Assembly (NCBI GenBank): GCA_048013815.1
Contig: CM106586.1
Coordinates: 14,570,001-14,634,000, forward strand
Source of the DNA: Setoptus koraiensis
Taxonomy: Eukaryota > Animalia > Arthropoda
DNA length: 64,000 bases
Reading direction: 5' to 3'
The notes below the pieces were generated by a model. The model was not told the origin of the DNA. It did not search any database and was given only the letters and a program-made list of their open reading frames with translations. A program made the translations under genes and the position numbers. Shown here in pieces: positions 48,101 to 60,700 of the stretch. Position 1 is the first letter of the stretch, and each line of letters starts with the position of its first letter.

Positions 48101-51100
48101 ATTAGTGGCCCCATAATTCATCATTGGCGATCAGTTAGACCGACAGTGCATTGTTGGTTGGGGCTCCTCCTATAACGTGCTCTCTATATTGCAATTCAAA
48201 TAACTCGGATGCCAGTGTCAAGAAAAAAGCACAAATGAGAGATGTTTCAAAAAGGGGCCTCTCATTAGTGAGTTATCTCCAGCACAGGCCAGTCTCGTCA
48301 TTCCATCTCTAACACGCTGCAATTATGTCCGAAATTGTGTCACAGTGACGTGTTCGCTCGTTTGGCCCCACTGTCGGCTGCCGGTTTGGCCCCACTGTCG
48401 GCTGCCGGTTTGGCCCCAAGGCGCCATTAATCAATTGTTGTCAGGCAGCGGCACCACTACGATACACTGTTCAGCGTTATTGTTCCACGTCAAACAAAAC
48501 TGAAACTAGATCCCTTATTCGGTTGTTTGGGTAATAAGACCCCGTCCGATATACGGTAGAGCCCAACTAATTACAGATAATTGCGCTTATAATAATGGTA
48601 TTCTGTTTGTTTGTTATCATTGCTTACACATGCAAAAATTCACTAATGTGGGCCCTTTTTTTTCACTGTGTGAATTATCATGCTGCTTGTGGCAAAAAAA
48701 CACCCAATATTCAATGTTGTGTGTGTGTAATTACGTCACATCTATACTCGATTTCACCAGCAAAAATCATAGCCCTTGGCGACATAAATGAGTTTCATAA
48801 ATAATGACACTTGCAGTTGCAAAATTTATCGGCCCATTTCGCGCCATGACGCTCGCATGAAATAGTTCATTTGATAAATGGCACCAATTTTTCCACACCA
48901 TATCATTCGGTGGTGCAAAAAAGAAACAAAAAATCAGCAATTTGAGCGGAACAATTCAAAAATCAGTAGTGTAACGAGAGCTCGTGGTTGGCAACTATTT
49001 CAGGAAAAATTAATCATCTAGTGGCGAAAACTGCGTTTTTTTCCGCTCTCATTGAGACACATCTACATAGGGGCTTACGAAAAGCTCTCGAAGCCATTCA
49101 GCATCGACAGAAATCTGAAATTATAATTATAATCGGGGAGACTTGCATCATGAACTGCTCTTTTCGTGTGACGCGACCTAATGCGTGCATCCATTTCCAT
49201 GGAAAAACCATTTTCGGGCACTTGTTTTTCCGTGAAATCAGGTGAAAAATTTTCGGGTATTTTCGCTAGAAATCACCTGACTCAATTTTTTCGCCTGCAA
49301 CAAAAGTGTCACAGCGGCTCATCTTTTCACCCCCAAAATTACGGGTGTCCGGAGCTCCGAGAATAGGTCTCTCGGTGGATTTTCTTTTATTTTAGTAGGA
49401 AAAAAAAACTGAGAACAAAGTTTAGTTGAGTGGCATCGCAAACGATGTTTTCGATGAAAAACTTTGTATGAAACAAAGCAACAAAATTAAATTTGCGTTT
49501 ATGTTAAACAGAAATTAAATTGAATCGCTAGTTAGTCAGGGTCAAACAAGAAAAAAAGCTTCGCTTAAGACGATGTAGAATATGGAATGTTTTTTTTTGA
49601 TGCTCCGAAAAAATTGGTTTATTTTTCAAGCAACTATGTTGATTATGATTGTTTGTGAGGCATTTGTAGGTACGCATTGCATAAGAAAGTTTTGGTATCA
49701 ATGTTATTATTATCACTAGCACTACACTAACACTTGCACCGAAGTTGCTTTTTCGTTGGTTGGATAGCGTCAATATAGCACTAGTTATTATTAGTACTAC
49801 TTTGTATATATATTGCGATGGCTCGGCATGATTTGATTGTATATGTTTGCTAGATTGCTTGCTGGCCCCGTCACGATGGGGCCAGCAAGAGAATCGAGTT
49901 TATTGTTGTTTGTTTGATCAGTTTAATATGCAAACTGTGTCTTGTTTGTGTGTGTTTGTCAATAATTACAAGACTTAGTTAGCAGTCGAGCTGATGCTAT
50001 TGAATCAAGCTCGACTGGCCAGCATGTTTGATAGTGAAATGGAATGGAATAAGCCCACTGTCAATGGCAACCGCGATTGATGTTTGCAGCCAAGTGGACT
50101 AATTTGCTATTGTAATAGCAACAACAACAAACTCAGACACTCAGTCACTAGCTGGCCGAAATCATTAATATTCGAGCTAGCTGGTCATTGGCTGCCAGTT
50201 ATGTTAACATCAATATAAATATCATTGTTTATTCTATTTATCCTCCATGACAAACACGCCAACCAACGACAACAACAACACCAACAACACTGTCACAACA
50301 ATCAATGATAATAACAACAACGATAACAACAACACAACAATTAACGAACCGTTAAATCAACAACATTAAATCGGCATGCATACTGTCGACTCATTACTGG
50401 CAACAACCCCGACAACAACCACTCCTGTTTGTCGGTGCGTGTGTCCGTGGCAAATGTCACCGGCCGCCGCTACCTGCAAATGTCAACGGTCATCTATGGC
50501 TGCCGAACTGGCCGAACTGGCCGAATTGACCGCTTCTCCCACTCCCACTCGCACTTCCACACCACAAACAACAACAACACTAAACAACAACACTAAACAA
50601 CAACACTAAACAACAACGACAACAACAACAACTAACAACACAGCGGAGGCAACCGACGCGCCTCTATCCTAAGGCAGGTATTAGTATTGTAAACAAACAA
50701 ACGAGGCCACTGATTATGATTATTTGCACGACTAACTATATCGGGCTTGCCGGATAAATGTCTGCACATGGTGGCACGAGTTAACGAACGGACAGCGCGC
50801 CATTGGCGAGACATTTTGTCCTCAGAGAGACACGTAATTCTAATGGCGATAGCGATCGCCGAGAGCGTCCGCTAATAGCGACCGCTAGGCACCGCTAGCC
50901 AGCTGCCTCTGGCGCCCGTAGCAAGCAAATGCGAGTCGGAAGTAGATAACTGGACTGGCTGACTGTTTATTATTATTACATTATTACATATATAAATGCC
51001 GGCGAGGCCGGCAAATAAGCGCCAGTGGCGCCCCTCTCGAGTATGGTCGCCGGGCGCTTATCGGGGCCGTTTATGCGACTATTGCAGCATAATTGTCATA

Positions 51101-51734
51101 TCCGCTGCCTTCGGCAACGGTGGGGCCCGTCGCAAGCAGACGCCCGGCAAGTCGTTTTCGCTTAGCTTCGCTCGGCTGCCAGCCCCACTAATATATGTAT
51201 ATTTTTGTAGTATGTCTCATCGTGTGTGTGTGTTATTGAATCTTCATTAGACAGTGTTAGGGTGCGAGGCCGCAAATTAGGGAGGCCCGTCCCTGATTGA
51301 GCGTCGCCACCCGCCACTGGCGCCTATCAAGCGGCCCCATGAAGCCGACGCTGCACACATATAGCGCCACGCGATTATTTGGGCCCCTTATATATTATTT
51401 AGGCGGCCCAAGCTGGCGTGCGGGCCGCACAAACAGCGGGGCCCGTCTAACTGGGTAGCTGAAGTAGCGGCGGCATCATTAGCAAACGAGGCCGGCAGTT
51501 TGTTAGATTAGTTAGCTGGTCGGCGGCGGCGACGAGCGAGAGCCACCGACAAATTAACTCGCGCAAGTGATACACACACACAAACAAATTATATTTATCT
51601 TGCATTTGCACAGTATGCATACAGTATGATACTGTCAGTATGCGCCGCTGGCGCCCGCACCAACAAAAGCGGCCCCAAATCCGGCCAGCTTATCGACTTG
51701 AGCGTGCACTGGGGCCCGGCTCTGTGCGGCTTCT

Positions 51735-51797
<63 letters not shown>

Positions 51798-54700
51798 CTC
51801 TGGCTCCCTCTGGCTCTCTCCGGCTCCCTCTAGCTCCCTCTAGCTTCCTCTGGCTCCCTCTGGCTCTATCTGTTTCTATCTGGCGCGTTGTTTCAGCAGC
51901 GGCGCCAGCTCCAGTTGTCACCGGTGACATCTATCTAACCGTCGTCTGGTTATCAGCCGACAAGCACTGCGGCCCATTTCGACCTTGCGCGCACACATTG
52001 TGCACGAGATTCTTTTGGCTCCTCATTCTTTTTGGCTCCTCATTCCCGTCGCCTTGCGAGCCTCACGGGCCCCATGCGCCCCGAGAGCCTCGCGGGCCTC
52101 ATAGGCCTCACAGAGCTCACAGAACTCACAAGCCTTACAGGCCGAGCTCGCGAGGCGACCCCACGGCCCGACGAGGGCGCTATATTAATAATAGGCCCGT
52201 GAGTGTGTGTGTGCTTCTGTCCCAATATCGCTTGCCAATCTGCTGCGTGCGAATGTGTGGTCGGCGTGGCTAGATGGCTAGAAACACGGCCGAAAAATAT
52301 GGATTTTGTGGGCGATTGAACGCGCCAGCGAGCCCCGTGAATAGAGTGGCTGCAAACAGGGGCCCGCTTTGCTGACGGTCGGGCTGAGTGCGTGCGGCCC
52401 GAGCGCCCGCGACAGAGCGGCCGAGGCACGGCGCCCGAGACAGAGCGGCCGCGCCGGAGCGCCCGAGACAGCGGGCCAGTGGCGGTCGGGCACAAACAAA
52501 AAAGAATGGAGTAGGTGAGTGCATTTGTGTTGACATTTAGAGAGGCGAGTCGATTTGGCGAGATAAGCGCGAGTCTCTTTGTCTGGCGGCCATCGGGCCG
52601 GCGGATGACCGATCGAGAGCAATACATAATCGAGCCAGGGAGCAATAGGAGGCAGCGGTGGCAGCGGGCGGGGCAATGGGAGAGGGTGACGGGAGAGGGA
52701 GAGAGGAACGGACAGGCCCGGCCGGGGCCAGTGATGAAATAGGCGCGACAACAATGGACAGCCAGACAGAAACAACAAGCGAACAAGATGAATGACGCAA
52801 TTAAGACAGCCGAACAGACACAACAAAACCCGCTCGCTCGCTCGCTCACTCACTCATCATTAGTTACCATACCAGTTAGTGACGGCGCCATTTTTGATGG
52901 GGGCCCGCTCGCCAATGTCACCGGCCCGACGGCGTCACCGGCGCGGCTGGCGTCACCGGCGGGCCGCGTCGCCAGCGTCTCGAGTCACTCGTGGGCCAGC
53001 TCGCAGCCGCTAACAAGCTCGCCAAGTAGCTTGCCGAGTAGCTTGCCATTTGGCTGGCCGACTAAGCCGCCAAGTGGCCGGCTGCACAAGCAGACAAGTG
53101 GCGTGCGCGTCGGCGTGTCTAGCAGCGCCCGTCTGACGCGCCAGACAGACGGGCCAAATATCGCAAATTGGGGCGCCCGAGTGGCGGCCTAGCGAGCAAC
53201 TAAATAATACATGCGGCAGTGGACAATTGGACGCACAATTGGCCGGCTCAGACGGGCCGAGAGCAAACATATTGGCCCGATAAAACATGATACGATAATG
53301 TTGCGCTCGAGAGCCCAACAGAGAGTTAAATTGCACCAACTGTGATGCTTCGATTGGGCGCTTTTTATCTCGCGCCACTTTCATCCCCCGCTCAGCTCGC
53401 TCGCCTGGCTCGTCTGGCTCAGCTCGCTTATCTGTTTGTTTGGGGCCCATTTATCAGCGTGCCATTTATTAGCCGGCAGCTGATACTGGCCGGCTCGCTG
53501 CCGACAAATATCAGCCCACAAATTGGCCGTTGCGCTCGGCGGGGCCGCGATGCGCAAAGTGCCCCCAAACTATGATGAACGGCAACTGCAAACTGTAACT
53601 ACAGACTGGGCATCGTGATGACGGCGCTAGCGCAAAACAGGCATATTTGTTCGGCTGGCGGTCGCCCGAGTGTCACGCTCAGTGTGCCGGTGTCGCCGGC
53701 CGCCAGGCGGTGCATCGGTACACATGTATATCGTACGCAGTATATCATGCACGGTGCCCATCATACGCGGATAGGTCGCTGTGCGGATATGTCGCTAGGT
53801 GCAGCGCCACTTATTAGGCCGCTGCAAATTGCCTTCGCATGCTCTCTCGCGACCGAAACAAAACGACATTGCGGCATTGTGTTTATTTTGGCCACTCCGG
53901 CCGGACTCTGCCGTTGTTGCGGGCCAACAACAACAACAACGGTAACAGCAACAACAACAACAACAACGGTAACAGCAACAACAACAACAACAACGGTAAC
54001 AGCAACAACAACGGCAACGACAACAACAACGACGACAACAACAACAACGACGACAACAACAACAGCGACAACAACAACCCGATTCGATCGAACGCTACAC
54101 TTGTTCAGCCAAGCGGCAAGTCTGGCCCCGTGAGTGTGTTGCACTTGTTTCAGTTTGGGCCCCAACAAAGCATTCAAGTGGCTTTTGTTTCACAGTGTCT
54201 CGGTGCACAATTGGCGCACAATGGCTCTGGGTCTGGCCATGTCGCCATTTGGCCGCAGTGCGCCACTAACCAGCTCGCTAGGCAAACAGCGGCTCCGCTA
54301 GGCGCACGCTGAGTGATGATATTAAATTTTTTGGGGCCCCTTTGTGCGCGCACAAGTCGCACTGGTCAGCTCGATTGTTGTCGCACAAGCGCATGCAAAG
54401 ATAGGATAATTTTTATTTTTATGTGTGCGCCCGCCTGCCCGTGTCTATCTGCGCAATCTATGATGCAGCAGCATTTCGGCCAAGGTCACCACCGGGCCGG
54501 CCGAAATTGGGGCCGCCGAACTGGCCGCCGATCTGGTCGAGTTGCGAGCGACGGGCTTGTTTTGAGCGGCGCTCTTGTTTTGAGCGGCGGCCCGGCTTTG
54601 AGCGGCGCCCGTTGGCCCGTTCCCGGAGGCCGGCGCTAACTAGCCAACTCAACTGACCGATGTGAATTGAGTGGCGCTGGCGTCGTTTGTTTGTTTGCAT

Positions 54701-57700
54701 GTCGCTTCTTTGCGACCAAATTGCTCTGCCCGACAGCCAGTTGCCGGTCGCCAGAATGAGAAGTGGCCAGTTTGTTTGTTTGCTCCCCTGCCTCCCTTTT
54801 GGCAACCTTTGGCTGGCAAGTTGCTTTGGCACCGACAACAAGGGAGATATCTGAAAAAAAGGGGGCCACTATCTCGAGTGAGAGACGCATACTAATAACT
54901 CGCCAACCGGTCCACTCTATTTAGACACGCAGAGCCTCTATGTGACAAACTGGACATTGTCTTTTGCGCGTCGCCGTGCGCCACTAGACACACTGGCCAC
55001 ACACTGAGGGGCCCCCTTGCGCCGATTGTCCCAAATGTTAATTTATTAACCCTTTACTTGCCTACACTTGATCACTTATACTTTGAGCGCACATAATGCC
55101 ATTAGTGGCACCGTGTGCCGCTGCGTGCCCTGTCGCCCCCCGTACCCTGGCCGTCGCGCACCCTCCGTACCCTCAGGGCAGCCAATTGCACCCCCATGGC
55201 AGCCACCTGTGCCCCCGCGGCGGCCCCTCTCACCCTCTTCATTTGTACCCTCTTCATTTGTACCCTCATCATCACTGACCCATAAATCATTGTATCGCCC
55301 TACCCTGCATCCGCTTGATATCGCCACTTATTTGACACCCACGCACTTTTAATTGGTTGGCCTGACGCCCCCCGCCCCTGACAAACTGCCCCCTGTTTTT
55401 GTCGCTGTCGCAACGACAACCACAACCCCGGCAACAACAACGACAACAACGACGACCAATTGGCCAATTGCGACCGGCCCGTATCCGGCTCAAACGACGG
55501 ACAAAAACTGGTGGCCGCATCAAATCACGACCGCCACCGTGGCGCCGATGAAAACAAATACACCCTCCCATCCCGCGCTTACGCAACATTGTCCCGTTAT
55601 TTTCTCTGTTATTTTGTCACCCGTGCCCACGCACGTACGCGAAATCGCAACACCGACACAACAAACCAAACACAACAAACCGAACCCTCGCTCAAACGCG
55701 CAATATTGCGCAATATGCAAAATGCGTTTGCGTTGTTGTTTCTATTAATATATCCATTAATTTTAAACAACAACAACAACAAACGTCAACCACCGATGAC
55801 CAACTTGAGCGGCGCTCGTTTGCGAACCCCACAAACATGCGCCTGTGACACATGGGCCCCAACGACAACCCCGAAACTTAAACACAATCGCATGTTATTA
55901 TTATTATGACAATATCAAATATGCGACGCCACGCCAAATAAAATCGCCCAAAAACAACGACAACGACAACAAAACACCCACTCAACCAAAACGGCGCCAA
56001 ACCAAACTGTGGCACCGGCAAAACAAACATTCAATTGGCAAACTCTCCCATAAAAACAAGTGATTGCGCTAATGTCCGTCAGGGGGCCCCATTTTTGCAT
56101 GCCCTCAAGTACGAGCACAAACTCAAGTACCCGCTGCTCGTGTTTGCCGTGAACTGCCTGCAGATGCCGCTCTGGTCAATTTTGTTTACAATACTGGAGT
56201 CGCTTGTAAGACTATTGTACGTTGTTTCGTGGCTGGCACTCCGCCAACGACCCTATGTTCGCGCAGTGGCGCCCCCTAATGCGAGCACCGGCAAGCGCGC
56301 TCGCCCGCGCACAGCGTCAATTGTCAGTTGCCGGCTCAAACGCTGTGCCAAGCCCGATTTTCGGGTGCCACGTTTGTCCCAAAATGTGCCAATTTCGCCC
56401 CAAAATGTGCCAATTTTGCCCCCAAATGTGCCAAAATTGGCCAAATTGGCCGGAATTGGCCAAATTGGCTGTGGGACGCTTGTGTGGATCGCAAATTATG
56501 CTGGCCAGTGGGCGATTGCGTTGGCGTCTGTGACGGCGAGCGGATCACTTGATCGCTCATTATATCGCTCATCATTCTGGCTCTTTATTCCCCTCGCGCT
56601 GACCACTCTAATGCGCCCACTCACTCTGCGCCATTCACGGTCACTTTATCAGCAAGCTCATCACCAGTCAACACGGCGGACCCCTCGGCGGGGCCCCCAT
56701 TCGGACCTATAACGCTGGCCGTGATGGCAATCAATCTGTGCGCCCCGCGATCGCGCGGCCTGCACGGCGACACTGCGACCGTGAATGGCGCCCCAAGCCG
56801 CAACGTAGCCGGGCCCAATTTGCTATAGCTATCGGCCGCTATGACTATCGGTGACTCTCTGAATAACTTTGCCATTAATTGAACCAATCAACTAATGTCT
56901 CACTTTATGCTCACTTTATGCTCACTTTATGCACTCCCGCTCGCGCTCGCTCGACATTTCGGTGTCGACTGCGAACGCCGGCTAATTAATTAACGATGTT
57001 CGCATATCTGGCCAATGTGGCATATCTGACGAATGGGCCCCATGAATGGATAAATGGACAAAACATGAATAAATAAAATAAAATAATCGCAACGACGCAC
57101 ACAACAGATCGCAGGCGTCGCTGTCGCGCGAGGGCCTCGTCGAGAGCCATCCCGTGGAGCCCAGCCTGAGCAAACTGGACGTCATGCTGACCTTCAACCT
57201 GGAGGTGGTGGTGATGGAGGTGCGCGGCCTCAAGTCGCTGGCCCCAAGCCGGATATTGTACTGCACCATGGAGGTGGAGGGCAGCGACAAGCTGCAAACG
57301 GATCACGTCGAGGCGAAAAAGGCCCTGTGGGATACGCAGGGCGACTTCACTACAAATCATCCGTTGCCTTTGGTGAAAATAAAATTGTACGCCGTCAATC
57401 CTGGCCTGTTGTCGCTCGAGGACAAGGAACTGGGCAAATGGATCATACAGCCGACAATATTGTCGCCTAAGACGCCCGAATGGTATCCGGTTAACACGGC
57501 CACAAAGTCCAGTTTGGATCAAGATCTCAAAATTAAAATTATTATTCGCATGGATAAGCCACAAAATTTGAAACATTGCGGCTACCTGTACGCCTACGGC
57601 AAGTCCGTGTGGAAAAAATTCAAACGGCGCTACCATATTCTCATTCAGGTGTCCCAATACACGTTTGTCATGTGCAGCTACCGAGAGAAAAAATCCAAAC

Positions 57701-60700
57701 CGACGGAAATGCTGCAATTGGACGGTTACACCGTCGACTACATAGAGCCCCCCAATGAGCTGCTGCAAATGGAGCAGCAGCTCATTCAGGAGGGCGCCCT
57801 GGCGACCTGGTCAACGGGGCCCAACGCGAACAGTGGCTACAACGGACCCGCGTCGGACAGCAACGCGGATTTGGGTAGCGGCAGCGGCGGCAATTCAGCG
57901 TCAACCAACGGCACGGACGGAAACGATTGCGCTGGCAACGATCTGTCGGGCCGGGGCCGCGATCTGTCCAGCAAATATTATTTTAATGCCGTGAAAGAGG
58001 GCGACTCGGTGGTGTTTGCGTGCGACGACCAACAAGAGTGCTTCGCCTGGGTAATGGCCCTGTATCGGGCCACGGGCCAGGCGCACAAGCCCACGCCCCT
58101 GACTCAGTACACCACTGTGAGTCACCACGGACGGTCGGGCGGACACGGTGGCCTGGCGCACGGCGGCCCGGCCTCAGGCAGCGGACTGGGTGGCGGTTTG
58201 GGCTCGGGCAGTTCGGGCTCGGGCCAGCTGGCGGGCGCCGGTTACCATCACAAGTTGGGCGGCGGCGTGGGCGGCCGCTTTGGGGGTCGCGGTAGCGGAC
58301 AAGCAGGCCACGGCAGCGGGCAGGGTGGCGTGGACGCCGAGGGCCGGGCCCGCAAGCACGGAATGGACGAGTTTATAGCGGCCGATCCGTGCAAATTTGC
58401 GCATCATCAATTGTTCCGGTTGTTGCAACACGAAACACTGTGTTATCGCCTGAAAGATATTTACTGTTCGCTGGGCTGGTTCTCGCCTGGCCAGGTATTT
58501 GTTTTGGACGAATATTGCGCCAGATACGGCGTTCGCACTTGTTATAGGCACCTGACTTATTTGGACAGTTTGTTGGATTTTACGCAACAGGATTATTTTA
58601 TCGATCAGACATTGTTGAATTACGGCTACGACTTTTGTTCGTCGCATGTGGCCGGAAACAGCAGCTCGGCGCATCCCATCGGATCGGTGGCGTTTGATTT
58701 GCGGCCGGACGGCATAGGCACCGTAACGGTGGAGGAGCGCGATTTGTATTTTAGTGTCAAAATGAAATTAGTGAAATTAATAGAGAAACAAATATCCAAT
58801 TTTCGCTACTGTTTTCCGTTCGGTCGGCCAGAGGGGGCGCTGAAGGCCACGCTGAGCCTGTTGGAGCGCGTCATGATGAAAGATCACATGTCCAGTACCC
58901 AGAGTGAGGATGTTCGCGCCCTAATTAAGAAATGTCTCGAAAACGCCGCCCTCATTCACTATTCGAAGATATCCGAACAGGCAGATCTGTCGCTGGGCGA
59001 CAAGTCTCAGCAGCCGCAACAACAACAACAACAACAAGTGTCAGTTGGGTCAACGGCGGCCGACACGATGACGCAACAGGGCGGTCAGTTGGGCAAGCGA
59101 CTGGAAACTGGAGCAACAGCAGCGGCAGCAGCAGCAGCACAGGCCAACAATAGCGGCCAGGTGAAGCTGGTGCGACATGGCAGCAATTTGTCCAGCGGCA
59201 GCCACACTAGCGGAACGAGTGGCGCATCGCTGACCGCTGGTCAGCAACAGGTGACAACAGGTGATGGTGACAGTTTGACGGGCAACAGCAACAGCTTCGG
59301 CGAGCCCTCGTTGGGCCAGCAGCAGAGCAGCGCCAACAACAGCAGCGGCAACAACAACAACAAACCCGTCACAATGGCCCAGGTCATTTGTAATATGCAA
59401 ATGTCGTCGCAACAAAAATTGAAACATCTCATCCGATTGAGCGAGCTGTGCGTGGAACAAGTGCAAGAAAACAACGATTATTACAGCGAGGCGTTCGCTT
59501 GGTACAGCGACCTCATGGTGGATCATTGCGAAATATTTTGGTCACTGTTTCAGGTGGACATGGACAAAATATTGGCCGAACAGTGCAGCGATGATTGGCA
59601 ATCGTTCACACTGTTTCAGGTGCTCAACAATTATCTCCGCTGGGACGAAAATTTGCGAGGGGGCCGATTTCACAATCATTTGAGGGAGTTGTTTGCGCCA
59701 CAAGTCATAAAATATGTCGATCTCATGGAGACTAGCATCACGCGAATGCTTCTGAAGGCGTACGAAAAAAACAATCAGGTCAATTGTCAGCAAGCTGAAC
59801 AAATGTTTGACAAGTGCGACGAGCTGCAAACTTTCATCAGCAATCTGCGCTGGCCAGATCAGTCGTTTGCCGATCATCTCGAACAGAGGCTCAAATTGAT
59901 GGCATACGAAATGTGCGAGTCGTGCGTCCAGCGAACACTGCAGGCCTTCCAAATGGTCGAGCGGAAGTCGAACAAGTGGACCGCGGCCACCACCCAGGGC
60001 TACATTGTGCCCGTGGACATGTTTCTCATGATCAATTTGGTGCTTGAGGCGCGCATCAAGTCGCAAAAGTTGTGCACCTTCAAGGACGAGGACACGGTGA
60101 GTTTTGAGTTCTGTTTTCGTCATTTGTGTTTACTTGTTTATTTGGTATTTGCATTTGTATATGCATAATAAATATAAATTCTGAGAAAAAAATGCTCGTC
60201 ATGACTAACACGCCGACAACGCTCAATGGTCTGTCTATCCACAATTATCTATCCACAACAAATAATTTGCCCACACTGAACACGTGACGCGCTCGTGCAA
60301 AATGCAAAATGCAAAATAAACAGCAACAATATCACGAGCGCATCGATCGCATGGTAGAGGCGACCCTGGACGAAATGCAAACAGGTCTCATGTTGAAGGT
60401 TAGTAATGACGCAATACGCGCACCATAATTAGTCTATGGGCAACACACATGATGGCCAATGAGCCCATTAAACAACATATAACAACAATAACTCTCTCAT
60501 TTGGAAATCGCCCAACTGTCACTCTCATTTGATGGCAATTTGCGCTCTTTGCGCCATCGTGTTTGCTTAAAATAAATCGTGTTTGCGCAATAAAATTTGC
60601 GCAAATGCAAAACGCAACCAACAATTTTCGCAACTCCAACAATTTGCTACTGCAAACTATCTACAACAAATGCCAAATATGTATTGATGGATACGTATTC

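Noticed and set aside
51595-53450. Long GC-rich ORFs in intron 4 (e.g. 52040-52849, 51626-52273)
   Set aside because: Arg/Ala/Pro-rich shadow ORFs of GC-rich repetitive DNA, mostly with non-ATG starts. CADPS exons 4 and 5 join without needing them.
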